Positions 42,669 through 55,639 are shown, counted from the stretch's first letter. The stretch: 64,000 nucleotides of DNA from Eukaryota sp. GEM-RC1 (GCA_040285855.1 JAUFOQ010000005.1:496001-560000), one strand, 5' to 3'. Numbers and translations are program-made. Notes: generated from the sequence alone by a model not told the origin.

Positions 42669-43515
42669 AAATTGATCTCTGGTTTAAGAGATCAAAGGAT
42701 TGATATCAAGTCTGATTCTCCAATTGTGTTGAAACTTTCAACATGTCATCTATATTGTCAATACTTCCAAAGACCGCTTGTGACATCTCATTTGTTCTAT
42801 GTATTCCTCTTCTTTGTACCCTCACTTATTGTTTGATGTTTTCACTTGGCACATCGTTATCTACACCCCCAAATCATGTTGCTCCACTGGAGTCGCTATC
42901 AGGGTTTTCTTAGTCCTTTTCGTTTCTACATAACATGTGCTGTTAACGTCAGAATTGGTCACAATGTCTTCATTAGGTACTTCTCCCTCCTCCACTGTGT
43001 CTTCAGCTCCCACATTTCCACTTCTAACATGCGTCACGTCGATAAAGTATCCTACCTTTATAACCCCATTTCGAAATGAAGACTGTTCCGAGTCTTTCTG
43101 TTGTATTAGTAAGTTTTCCTACGTTCAAAGGTACAGCATTCTAATGACGTGGCAGATGTAGCCCATATATACCTTCCGATATGTGAACATCTTGTCTCCC
43201 TCTCTTTCTTCGAGATCTGTATGGTTATATAATCAACAACAGTACTATTCTGGAAGAATGAGTCGTGTAAGTACCTGGAATCTGTTTCAAATATTATTTG
43301 TGACTGCTCAGTATAAACAAAACTGTTTATAGTGTACACTAGGACTGTCCAGGTTCGGGTTTTGGTTCTAACCCGAACCTCTCTTCTCACAACCTGACTG
43401 GAACCCGAACCTCTTATCTTAGAACCTGACTGGAACCCGAACCTGTGGGGTTAGAACCTGGGAACTTTTAGAACCCGACTTTAATAAGATACAATGAAAA
43501 AACAAGTTATTGTCA

Positions 43516-44070
43516 TTGTCTGATGAGGGTTCTTACTCACAATTGATTTGACTAAATCCAAGTTCCAAGAATCAGTGTTGTATAAAAGAAACAATTGTTT
43601 CTCTAACGTTTTTGATTGTAAACGTCCTCTCAGCTGTCCTATAATTAGATAAATAAAAAGAAATACCAAGAGTTAATTTTGCACGACTGAATAGTCTTTC
43701 CACTTGGTTAGAAGTTGATGGAATAAATGATAAGTCTAAGTATTCCGAAGCAGTGTTTTTTGGAATAGTATCGACGTCATCAAGTTTTTCGTCGAAGCTC
43801 TTGACAAGATGAGCATTGTTTTCATTTTCATTTTCAGTAGGAGGAATTCTTTTCAGTTTACTGACTGATGCCATTTCTGCATCAGTGAATTCTCTCTCAT
43901 ATCCTTCAAGTATCTCGATTACTCCATTTTCAAAGTCGGGGGACTCAAAGATTGATGATGCTGGGCTATAACATGTGTAAGATATTCCTCATGTAGAACG
44001 TCCAACATTCTCTTGGCCTTGTGCAGAGGAACTTCTGAAACTTGCAACTTCTTTGTAATTGAGTTCAGCT
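43516..44070 (-). mobile_element. hAT internal fragment without TIRs, terminating the array
   Basis: Homology to the junction copies stops at ...GAGTTCAGCT (44070), directly abutting the RT. Confidence 0.85.
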
Positions 44071-45810
44071 AGTGGTCCATTGATGATCATTTAATAACAA
44101 ACCATATACTTGTGGAATTTGATTAATTAATGCCACAGCAGAACTCTCCTTTAAATCAATTAAAAAATGAGCGAAAGCTGGATTTTTTTCCTTGGCCAAG
44201 CTAAGACGGACTGTAAAATCTAAACTTTCAAAATATTTTAATAAATGATTTTGTAGCTTTTTTAAAGCAAACTTTAAAGACAAAATGTTTCGACATGGAT
44301 TTTCTTTGATATCAACAGGAAAGCAAGTTGACCATAGCTCAGGAGAAAGACTTCCTATTTCACCACGGAGATGATTAAGATAAAAGCTGCTAGTACTTTC
44401 AAGAAGAGAAGTTCTTGATGGATATCGATTACAAAACTCGAAAACAAAATTCGTTCCACCACCAATAAAAGCTGCTTTAGTCCACCATTTAGAAGATGTA
44501 AATCCCAAACCTCCAAGATATGGACTGGAAAATGTGTGGTTATTTAAAATATTGGGGTTGACTTGAAGGAGAAATGGAAGAAAGTCTGTGCGAATTTTGT
44601 TAAAAGCTCTACAGAAATCATACGATAACTCAGGAGCAAAGGACCTTAAAAGATGAGTAATTTTACCAGAACAACAAATTTTGAGCATGAAGAATTTTAA
44701 ATGTTTTTCAATTTCAAGAACTTTAATCTTATCCAACTCTTGTTGAATCGAATTCAAATAATCATCAAGGTTTTTGACAATATCTTCTTTTTTACCGAAA
44801 AAACAACCAAGAAATCTGAAACTTGAAGCAGAATAACTATTGAAAGGAACTTCAATTGAACGAATTGTTAATAACTTTGGTTCTTTTCCTATAACGAAAC
44901 ATTTTTGATTATTTAAATTTAAACCAATCTCTTCATACAAAGTGGCAGCGTCTGCAGAAATTGCTTGTATAGTCTCAAAAGGTGCGATAAATGAAATGTC
45001 ATCCATATAAGCCACAATTTCCAAATCCTTATACTTGTATTTAAGATGGTTGAGGATGGGGTGAATAGCAAGGCAGAAGAAAAAAGGACCAAGAGGATCG
45101 CCTTGTTTAACACCGGTTAAAGAAGAAAGATCAGCCGAGTTGTAGACCAAATCGGAAGAATTACCATAAAAAGTATGAAAAAAAGATTCCAATTCTGGAA
45201 AATGTTCTTGTAACTGTGTCAAAATAGCAGCACGTTTCACCGAGTTGAATGCGTTTTTAAAGTCAAGATTAAAAACAAAATTGTCAATTTTGGTGTCTAG
45301 AAGAAGCTCAGATGTCAAAGCTGCAACTGAAGCACCATCAATTGTTTTAATTCCATACTGAAAAGGGGAAAGATATTTCTGAGCTTTGTTCAAAATTCTC
45401 GAGAACACTAGAGATGAGAAAACTCTATATATCGATTCCCCGACAGCAATTGGACGAATTCTCTTATTTGGTTTCACTAAAGCAACCAAACGCGAGGCAC
45501 TGAGTTCTTTTGGGGAAATAACTTTCAACAAAAGAACGTCATTGAAAAAAGTCACAAAGGTCATCAACAATTGAAGAATTTTGTCTACAGACTGAATCTA
45601 AAAAATCAAAAGTAATACCAGAAGTCCAGGAGCTTTCCCAGATGGCAACTTTAAGATCAAATTCAATAACTCATCAGATAAAATAGGATTTTTTCTCCAA
45701 TATGTTGGAGAAAGTGGAACTTCCGTATGAAAATTTTCCTTGGGATGCAAAGATTGTAATTGAGAAACAGTATCGTCATTAAAAGGAGCTAGTTTAGACG
45801 AAAAAGAGAA
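44065..45810 (-). mobile_element. Non-LTR retrotransposon reverse transcriptase, CRE/SLACS-like, 3'-truncated
   Basis: ORF 44065-45570: IRPIAVGE, SPFQYG, LDFKNAFNSV, GVKQGDPLGP, AYMDD, FRFLG, GGLGF. Upstream broken frame reads LQSLHP...KLPSGKAPG. No C-terminal zinc knuckle or restriction-like endonuclease. Confidence 0.85.
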
Positions 45811-45972
45811 TTTTTAGCAGAACCATAACGACCACGAAGTAATTGCTGACAATTGCTTTACAATGTATTTGGTTTGGAACTATTACAAGACATATCATAT
45901 ACTACTTTAGTAAGATGATTCAGTACGGACTAAATGACAACGAGAAACAAACCACTTAACTCACAGTGATAC

Positions 45973-46323
45973 TTACACTTCAAGGTTAAAATCAGAATCA
46001 AAATCATCAACTGATTCCCCATCAGTCCAATCAACGTCCGCGACAAATGCATTAGACCTTGCTGAGAGACAATCATACAAGTCAAACTTCTCCAAAGGAG
46101 ACTTGCGGTCATCTTGATCACATATACTAGGACTTCTAGAAACAGAAAGAGTGTCAATGGACAGTGGTGCAAAGGCTTTTTCTAGTAATAAATGAACAGA
46201 AGAATCAGGTTGAAGAGACGGAGTTGGTCCATTAAATAACTTTTCCTTCTCACCAACTACCGCTGCATCCGTTACTGTAATTGAGTCATTGTAAGGACCG
46301 TGGATAATCCAAGGATGAGTCAT
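45973..46323 (-). other. Short ORF upstream of the RT, possibly the N-terminal portion of the retroelement
   Basis: 116-aa ATG-started ORF on the same strand; no recognisable motif. Confidence 0.25.
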
Positions 46324-46494
46324 TAATTCATTAGGCAGTTATCCAAGTTTTAGGATTCTTATCAAAGATTAAAAGTAACAAATTTAAAAGCAAAGGGTCA
46401 ATAAAAACAAATTCTTCTTGACAGATTTTACGATAAACAACTATGACTTGCTGATCATAGAAAGATAGTCGTCCAAAGAGCATAATGTACAAAG

Positions 46495-47942
46495 TTACTC
46501 ATCTCCAATAGAGTTTTCAAAAGATTAAGACTGGTAACAGTAGCATTAACTTTTAACGCATCAGCTAATGCTCTTGCACCTGCAGCTCCAACAGAGTTGT
46601 TCTCTGAATTAATGCTGGTGATCGATGCATTTATTTTCAATGCATCTGCAAACACTGCAGTTCCTTGATCTCCAAGAAAGTTGTTCCACAGATCAAAACG
46701 AGTAACTGTGGTGTTCACTTTAAGTGCCTCCCCCAGAGCTGGAGCACCTTCAGTTTCAATATCGTTGTTCTTAATAATAATACTTTTAATAAAAGTATTT
46801 ACTTTTAGTAAATCTGCCAGTGCTGTAGCTCCTTCATCTCCAATAGAGTTTTCACAGAGATCAATGACTGTAAGACAAGTATTGACTTTTAACGCATCTG
46901 CCAGAACTTTGGTACCTTCAGCTTCAATATCGATGTAACTTAGATTAATTTGAGTAACTGTAGTGTTAACTTTCAATGTATCTGCCAAACATTCAGCACC
47001 TTCAACAATAATAGAGTTGAGACTTAAATCAATAATTGTAACTGAATGACTTTTAAAACCTCTGCCAGCGCTTCAGTTCCTTCATCCCCAAAAGAGTTAC
47101 AATCCAGACAAATACTTGTTACCGTGGAATTAACTTTTAACGCTTCAGCTATAGCTCTAACACCGTCGTCACCAATAGAGTTTTCACCTAAATTAATACC
47201 TGTAATTGTAGCATTAGCTTTTAACGTTTCAGCTATAGCTATAGCACCGTCGTCACCAATAGAGTTGTTTCGTAGAGTTATATTTGTAATTGTTGTATTA
47301 AGTTTCAAAAATTCGATCAATGGCAAGGAAACTGTGGAATTACCACAAACATGAAGTTGTGTAAGACGTGGAAGGAACATAGAAGACTTGTTAAGAAAAT
47401 CAAAATCATTTTGGTGACTTATTTTGAATTTCCAATCCTGAAAGTACTTGAGAATAGGCAAGACACTTATCAACATTAAAGTCCCCATCGACGTGTAAGA
47501 AGAAAGACTTGGATTCAGCTCCAAAGAGAGAACCAAGAGCAGACAGTGGAGAAAAATCCTTAGGCACGATATGAAACGTGTTTCTTTGAAAAAACACATT
47601 GATTGCTTGAGAAGCAGATTCGAGGAAGTGGTTGCTTACATAGCCAACGTGTTTGAAAAACGGAGGTAGAAAGGTCTTCAAACTAAGCAGAGCACGGTGG
47701 GGCTCATGGATTTTCCATTCAAGAGATGGTTGTAGCACACGGGAGAGATAATGAACATGGATTAAAGTGAGCAAGGACTGTGGAAAGTAAATGGTAGGAG
47801 GAGGGGCGGAAGAAAACGAAGTGGACGAGACAACAGAGCTACGTTCTGAGGAGGAGACACCAGTGGAGGATCGACAGAACTTAACAACGTCAGTAACGGA
47901 AACAGTATCATCTAATGAAGGCTCCATAAGTTCATGAGACAT
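46495..47942 (-). CDS. RI-type (NLRC3-like) leucine-rich repeat protein, ~10 repeats of 28 aa; frameshifted, possibly a pseudogene
   Basis: ORFs 47406-47942, 47024-47599 and 46455-46988 join; repeat LKVNxTVTxIxLxxNSIGxEGAxALA. One break (~47047) is not a simple homopolymer indel. Confidence 0.8.
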
Positions 47943-48868
47943 CTTTGTTCAAAAGAAAAGGTCAGTTGGACTCAACTTGTCACACTCAATATCGTGACCA
48001 TCAGCTTCTGCTTATTATGTCAATCTTTTCAACCTCCAAGCGAAGGAGTAATGCCTCTTATTCTCTTCAGGCGATCGATTTCTTTTCTGCTTGTTTACTT
48101 CGAGTTTACATAACAATGCTGTGACAACATCTCTTACGAACTTTGTTTTTTCACACTTTGTTTTTCAAACAACCACTATAACATGATACAAACAGTACTC
48201 GATCTCTTTCTTGTTCACCTTGTCATCTACTATTTCTTTTGTGGTTATATCGAATAGTTTTACTGTGAAAAGCATTTTCTCCAAAAAATTTCTCCAACTT
48301 TTCTGGCTATTGGTGATCAATGATTGGTCTAAAACCATTCAGTCATAATCTTTCCCGCTCTCTTCTACATGAGTTTTATCACTAGGACTAAACGATGGTG
48401 TTTATATTATTGCTGAACTGTATGGGGGATGATTTTTGTACGATAAATAATAAAAATAATATATAATATGCTTCTTCAACAGTTTGGCCTGTTTCTGTGG
48501 ATACCCAACGAAATAATAAAATATAATCAAGCACAATCGCGATTTTCATTCAGCATTTTTTTCCACTGAGATTTAGGACAATAGTAGTTATTTGTAATTT
48601 TAGTCAAAATGTTACCAGCATGGGTAGACATGTATGAGGAAAGAATATTATAAATAATAATCATCTAGAGCTACACTATACTTTAACTTAAAATCTTTAA
48701 TACTAACACATCACAACATCGGTGGTTAACAAAAATCACAGTGAAGATGAAAAGTATCTTGCTGTGACATGTTATCTAAATGTGAGGAAGACTCCTAGAA
48801 CTCAGCCAACGTTAAGAAAAGTTTAGAAATCATGAAGTTGAGATGTTATTGATTTTGCACCCAGGTTA

Positions 48869-49747
48869 ATGCTCCTATCACCATCACAATGGGAATCCAT
48901 GACGCAATGGAAACCCCTAGCTGTCTTTTTCCTGCTAGCTTATCTGTTCTCGGCGATCTGCTGGATTGCTGCAGCATATGTTCCTTCTGAAGATTTAGGT
49001 CCCGTTATAATGTTGCTCGGTGTTCTGGGCCCTATGCTTGCTGCTTATATTGTCAGTAAGAAAACTCAAACAACCAGCGAATTCTGGCGATCAACCTTCC
49101 ACTACAAACTCCATTATAAATGGTATGTTGCTGGCGTTGGTGTTCCTCTCGTCGTATTATCCATCCTACTGCTGATCTGTTATACCATTGGTGACAATAT
49201 CAATACAGACGAGGTTCTCCCATTGTGGACGTTTCCTCTCATTTTCCTCTTTATGGCTCTGATCGGAGGGGGTATGGAGGAACCTGGTTGGCGTGGTTTT
49301 GCTCAGATTCGGCTTCTGGCTCATTTCAATCCACTTCTCGCAAGTGTAATACTTGGAATAGCATGGACATGCTGGCATATTCCTCTTGCATTAATTCCCA
49401 CATCTTTCCAAGCACAGTTCTCCATTGTTGATTGGCTTGTGTTTTACCCCATGGCTGTTTGCTCGCTTGCTGTCATTCTCACATGGATGTGGCTCAAGAC
49501 TGAAGGGAGTGCGTTCCTGGCCATTGTGTTTCATGCTGCTGTAAATGCAATTAATAACTATACCCCTGTTTTTACTGTCCGGATATTCGGCTTTACTGTA
49601 TCCAACTTTGCTATTGGAGAAACTCTTTGGTTGATCGTTGCATGTGTTGTGTTAGTACTTCATTGGCAGCTTTTCCTTACAATGTGGAAACCACCTCTTG
49701 TTCAATCTAACAAAATGTCTGGATATGATATGGGCAATGTCGTGTAG
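48869..49747 (+). CDS. CPBP family (type II CAAX protease/Abi) intramembrane glutamic endopeptidase
   Basis: Intact hydrophobic 292-aa ORF with motifs EEPGWRG, WTCWH and HAAVN. Confidence 0.9.
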   Translation: MLLSPSQWESMTQWKPLAVFFLLAYLFSAICWIAAAYVPSEDLGPVIMLLGVLGPMLAAYIVSKKTQTTSEFWRSTFHYKLHYKWYVAGVGVPLVVLSILLLICYTIGDNINTDEVLPLWTFPLIFLFMALIGGGMEEPGWRGFAQIRLLAHFNPLLASVILGIAWTCWHIPLALIPTSFQAQFSIVDWLVFYPMAVCSLAVILTWMWLKTEGSAFLAIVFHAAVNAINNYTPVFTVRIFGFTVSNFAIGETLWLIVACVVLVLHWQLFLTMWKPPLVQSNKMSGYDMGNVV

Positions 49748-50313
49748 TTTTAAGATGTACTAGTAATAATAAATCTTTAGTTTGTTTTTACTGTTCAAAA
49801 AGTCTGTTATTAAATAACACTTCTGGAACTCAGGGATTGGAAAAAATATATTGATATTGCAATAAGTACAGCAACAATATGATTTTGTTGGTGCATAAAC
49901 ACTAACAATATATTGCAACATACTATTAGTTACTGTATAGTTGGCGTAAAAGTTGGTACACCAGTGTTGTTTCGAATCGTTGTGGCAGAATACATTCTAT
50001 AATGGAACACCCATCGCTTTCTTACGAGGAAGGAAATGAACAAAGACCATGCAGTGGAATAAGAAAGCTACAATGAACGAATAATTTCTACAAACATGTA
50101 CACGACAAAAGAGATAGCACAACACATCTTTTTGAAAGTCACGCCCCAACCAGAACCTCCAGTAGACAAACAACATGTATCGCCTATTGTTGCCGCGTTT
50201 GTCCACTATCTGGCATTCTCCTGATTTCGAACTAGTAGAAGAGTGCCACTTCATCACCTTCGACTGTCAACTTATCTTCTCAACTAGACACAATTGATTC
50301 TACCACATAAAAT

Positions 50314-50403
50314 TCTGAATACATTGATCTATCTTTCATTCCTCCAACCTCTAACGAAGTGGAGAGGCTCTTCGGTCGTTAAAATCTTATTTTAACAGAT
50401 AAA
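50314..50403 (+). mobile_element. hAT transposase C-terminal fragment
   Basis: Translates SEYIDLSFIPPTSNEVERLFGR*, a diverged paralogue of SEYLDLSFIPSTSNQVERLFSR in the array. Confidence 0.75.
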
Positions 50404-51376
50404 GTCAGTAAATGTGACCACCATATCGATGGATAATGTAAACACACACTGCAGTAATAATTGTTAAATTAACATGGAAACTAATACTTGGGCATGACGT
50501 CATGTTGTCATGACAATAAAACTTTAAAGTGTTGCCATAAAATTACACAATGTAACATCTAATAATCAATAACCTCAGAGTTCTCATCTAAAAAATTGAT
50601 GGCGAAATTGATTATTCTTCTAGTGTTTAATGAGTTACAATTACTAAGATAAACGGACTTGTATTTTCTTCTTGTACATGCATTTGGTGTTGAGAAACAG
50701 GTATGAGAATTGCTAACATAAATTGTCATGTGTCATCAATAGAAGAGTTCTGTTCATCAATATAAATTACACACTTTGAATAACCTTTCTACACTACTCA
50801 TGGGTTCAATCATACAGTATAATTTTAGTCAGTCAGTTAATGCAAATATACGTTAACATTGATCCATTATGCCAGTATTAGATATTTGAGTTTATGTTCA
50901 CAGTGTTATTTTTATTGCCAACACTTTCAGGAAACGTCTTGCTCATTTTGTTCATCAATTGATATCGCAAACAGTCCCAATTTCAGTCCAGTACATATAA
51001 GACCTAAATTCATCCTTGAACTGAATTAATGGCTAGAAACTGCTTTAGATGGCTAATTCTAAAGTGGTGGAAACTTCACGGAAGGTCTTCTTTTAACAAT
51101 TGTTAACAATCTAAGCACATCTGACAAGCAGCACAAGAACAGAAACCAAAAACAAGTGGTTGTGGGAAAAAACGGACAAACAATAGAAACACGAAGGGAA
51201 GTAGAGAAGACGGCGATTCATGGATGTTGACAATTAGGACAGTACCTTTTCTGAACTACAGTGGTAGAATCAGATGTGATTGCTTTTAGGCAAGAGAAAA
51301 GGTTCACTTTTGACTTAAACCCTTCTTCAGAAATCAAAGATGTGACATCAGGATCGAGAGATTCATTTTTTTCTCA

Positions 51377-54300
51377 ATGTCTTTTATACACTCTGGTTTC
51401 TTAAACAAGCGTGGTGTTTCCCCAACATCAGTGTGTTATGTGATGAGATCTAATCATAGTGGCAACGGAAGTTCTTTGTCATTTCTGCCTCTTCCCATGT
51501 TGACTGTTGGGATAGCCCAGAAGCCTTTCAAAAACCAGGAGCTATACCCAAGGGAAGAATTGCTTGTAAAGGACTATCCGTTGTTGACACACCTGCCAAA
51601 ACACAAAAAACCTTCCAATTTGAACTTCAAGATGGGTCTAAGAGACCTTGGATTCTCGCTGCTGATTCTGCTGAAGACAAGGAGGAGTGGATTGACGTTA
51701 TCCGATCCTGTGTAGCTGAGTGTGAAGGGGAGACTGACCAACAAGTTACGCCAGAACCTGAAACAGAGCATCATTCAGTTCCACAAGATGAAGTCGAAGA
51801 CCTCAATGTTCCCGATCTGATTAAAAAGATCAAAACTACAAAAGCTCTTCCTGAAAAGTTAGAAGTACTGGTATCTGAACTCTCTTCAGTACCCAATGCT
51901 TCCATAACTGCTCACGAACTTGTTACTGTTTCCTCATGCTTCACCAATTCTGATGATCGTGTCGCCTCCATTGAACTACTGTCCCGCCATGTTGATTCGC
52001 TTACTGTCTCCGATGTTGCTTCTCTCATTAAAAAGACTCCCAAAACAGTTGGAAAAATGAAGGTGGTTGAAGTTTGTTCACCCAAGCTAGTATATGCTCT
52101 TCCCTGGGATTGCGAAGAAATTTACAAGATTTTCTCATCTTCAGGAGAGAAAGCTTTGGTACGAGAACTCATTGCTTCTGTTCCATGCAGCCATGCAGCG
52201 GACTCTTCCATTCCTACCACCGAAGTATTGATTAAAGCTGTCGCCGCCTGTGCCAATGACGTAGAAAAGGGCAATATCTATCGCTCATGGATGTCGTCAG
52301 TTTTAAATCCATTGTTTAGCCCTGAGGAGTTTACCAAGCTTCTTCAGAAGTTCACATCGGTCAAGCAGCGCCTTGGAAGTATTGGAGGAGATCTCAAAAC
52401 TAACAGAAACGCTAAGTGTTGATCAAATGGTGGCTGTGCTCAAATTATTCCCAACTACAACCTCCAAAATGGAGGCATTATCCATAATTGCTAACAAGAT
52501 GGAGTATCAATCTGTCTCAGATTTGGAGCCTCTTCTCAAGTTTTTTTCTTTATCTAAAGACAAAGAAGCTTTACGAGCAATGTTTGAATCCACCACTGTG
52601 AATCTAGAAGAGTCACCTCTAGAACAAAATCTCAAGCATAGTTCAACGTCTGAAATGGTCCCACCTGTAGTTCAACAGCAAGCTGCACCACAAAAAGCCA
52701 GCCGACAACAACTAGCTACTCCACAGCCTGAAGTAGATGCTTTTAATTTTGCTCAATTCAAGAAAAAGCTCACAGCTGCCAAATCAGTTGATGAAAAGTT
52801 AGAAGTCATGGAATCTGAATCTGGTGCCACGTTAACAGTAAAAGAGGTTCAAACCATTGCCATGACATTATCTAAAGATGCTGACCGTGTAAGAGCTATT
52901 GAAATATTATCTCGTTATGTTGAATCATTTGCTGTTTCTGACGTTACTCTGCTCATTGCCAAAATTTCCGACATTGATGTAAAATTGAAGGTAATCGAAG
53001 CTCTCTCACATAAGCTAGTGTACGCTCTCCCTTGGGATTGTGAACCAATTTACAAGGTTCTTCCTGCACCGGAAAAGAAAACTATGGCAAGGGAAATCCT
53101 TGCTTCTGTTCAAGGCAGCAGTTTAATCGAGCCTTCAATTCCTACCACTGAAATGCTAATTAAAGCTGTCACAACTTGTTCGTTTGAAGTGGAAAAGATG
53201 AATATTCTACGTTCATGGTTAGCTTCAGTACCAAATCCAGTGTTAAGTCCTGAAGAGTTAACTAAATTGATCAAAAACTGCAAGTCAGACGAACAACGAT
53301 TGGAAGTACTACCAGAGGTTTCCAAATTTGCTGAAACATTTAATGCTGAGCAAATGTTAGGCTTAATGAAAGTTTTTACAACTGTAGCTGCCAGACTGAG
53401 TGCATTGCCTGCAATTGCTAACAAGTTGGTCTATCATTTTGATACCGAGCTCGAAACACTTCACAAAGTATTGCCTTCAATCACTGACAAAGAGGTTGCT
53501 TATCCAATCATTGAATCTATGTCCGTCAAGCAACAAGGAGAGTTTCCACCTGGTGAACCAAATATTCCTGATTTAATCAAAAGATCAATCGAACTGCTCA
53601 AACTGCTGAAAAACATCGCATCATTAATTCCGATGTTTTCACTGCTTCTAACATTATTTTAACAGTAGAAGAATGTATTGCTATTCTGGATACTTTCAAG
53701 GATTCCGCAAACAGTTTTAAGGCATTTGAGCCCTTGTCAGCGTACATTCCATCTTTTGCTGTTTCTGATGTGCCCGAACTTTTGCGAAAGGTTTCTGAAG
53801 ATGATGAGATGAAGGTTGTCGAGATTTGTTCCCATAAGTTAGTATATGCCTTACCATTTGACTGTGAGCCCATTTACTATGCACTTTCCATAGATGAAGA
53901 TAAGACAAAAGCCAGAGAATTGATCTCGTCTCAAAGAGGAACCCTCCTTGACCAAGGTGATGCCCCCGTTTACCCCACGGTCGATAAGCTTTTTGAGGCT
54001 CTTGGTCATGTATCCTTAGAGGCAATGAACTCACTCTCACTTGGAAGTAGAATTAGCCAACACATGCTTGCTGGAATGGGTCGCAGGCCTGTTAAAACTC
54101 CGGAAAAGGTCAATATCTTGAACTCTTGGTTATCATCAGTTCCAAATCCCAGCTTTACCTTTGAGGAAGTTGTAAAGTTACTGGGAGATTTTCATGATGA
54201 TGCTGAAGACGATGTCAAACAGGGTAACAGACTTGAAGTATTGCAACTTGTTCATGGTATTATGGAATCACCTCTTTCAGTTGATCAAGTGAAGGAATTA

Positions 54301-55639
54301 CTACAACTCTATACCAATCACCAGCGTAGATTGGATACCTTGATTATCGTGGCTGAAAAGATGGTATTCCAAACTCTTTGGCAGTTGGTAGAAATCATCA
54401 GAATGTTCAAAACCTCAACTCACCGAACCAAGGTTCGTTCAGTTCTTGATTCAGTCAAATGTAACCAACAACCTATTGATCAACCTCAAAGAAGCCCGAA
54501 TCTGTTGGACAATCTGACATGGTGCCTTATTTGATCAGCCAGTTTGTCACACCAGATGCAGATGACAACGAACTTTTCAGTAGCCTTGCTTCTCATCTTT
54601 CCTCAGTTTCAGATGTCTTCTTGTCATCTGAAACCTTCAACCTCTTGTGTCCATCTTTGATAGACATGAAGGAATTCTTCTGAAAGCCATTGAGTTGTTA
54701 CTTGGCTACACAGAGTCAATTAATGTTGTAGATTTCAAGCAAATTCTTCGAAGCTTAGGACATTCACAAATTGATGAAAAACTGAGAGCTGTTGAAATTT
54801 GTGCTGATAAGTTGGTTTATGATCATATTTCTGACTTTGAAGCCATTTATGAGGAATGTTTCTATCACAAAGAAGATGAAGCAAGAGAACTTATTGAAGC
54901 TCACATTATAGATGTTCCTGGTGAAAGAAAGAAAGTTCGTGATCCCACTGTGAAAGAGCTCTTGGATGCCGTTAAAGAAGCCGCTCATGGTGATGAAAAG
55001 ATGAATTTCTTACAATCATGGGCCGCATCAGTCCCTTTTCCAGTCATTTGCGTTAATGATTATGAGGAACTTCTCAAGTACTTCCCTACTGAAAAGGATA
55101 CTGTTGCTTCTATACTTGGACATGCTACTTACTTTAGACCAAGACTTGGTCTTCGAGTTTGGCCTATTGGTAAGGAGGCAACTAATCGTCAAATTGTATC
55201 ATTTGGTGACGACCTTCTTCGAGAAAAGAATTTGCTTTTAACTCCTTGGGATTTAGCTGTAGAGGCTTCTTGCTTTACTGATGTTGAGGGAAAAATGAAA
55301 CTGATTGAGTTCTGTGCTCCCTATCTTGAATATGATGATGTTTCCGACTGTGATGTTATTTACAAGTGTATTCCAAGTGAAGAAAACAAAGCAATGGCTA
55401 AAAAGCTTGTTGAAACTTCTAAAGATGCTTCACTTCTTCGTACATTTATGGATCAATGGTATAAGGATATTGAGCAAATGAGACAAATTACTGTCATCAA
55501 TGATCTCCGTTTCGAGTTAATGGTTATATCAGAGGATGAATTCTGGAAATGGCTTAAGGTTTTCCATTTCGAAGAGCACCGTGATGATGCATATGGTATT
55601 TTGGTTAAAAAAATTGTCCCACCCCCAAGCTGGGCATGA
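51377..55639 (+). CDS. PH-domain protein with multiple helical (DUF4476-like) repeats, ~1400 aa; one intron and several single-base frameshifts
   Basis: After removing 51431-51459: HSGFLNKRG...SWQRKFFVI...PKGRI...WILAADSAEDKEEWIDVI (PH domain), open into ORF 52057. Repeats such as KLVYALPWDCExIY and PTTExLIKAV recur through ORFs 52373, 53734 and 54647. Confidence 0.75.
51431..51459 (+). other. 29-nt GT-AG spliceosomal intron
   Basis: GTGTGTTATGTGATGAGATCTAATCATAG; phase 0; removal restores the PH domain; CTAAT branch-like motif next to the 3' AG. Confidence 0.75.

Larger units (their letters stand above)
3714..44070. repeat. Tandem array of five ~7.95-7.98 kb units plus a partial sixth (unit starts 3714, 11696, 19657, 27616, 35562, 43516)
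   Basis: Near-identical sequence and ORF pattern recur; hAT right ends at 4564, 12528, 20489, 28439, 36392 (periods 7964, 7961, 7950, 7953). Confidence 0.97.

Noticed and set aside
44065..45570. RT as part of a retron, DGR or group II intron diversifying the array or LRRs
   Set aside because: Motifs are non-LTR type; no template/variable repeat pair or adenine-specific variation was seen.
47406..47430. AAA-TGA Euplotes-like +1 frameshift in the LRR gene
   Set aside because: Paralogues conserve ND at this position, favouring an extra A in the upstream run; other breaks in this gene are not at stops.
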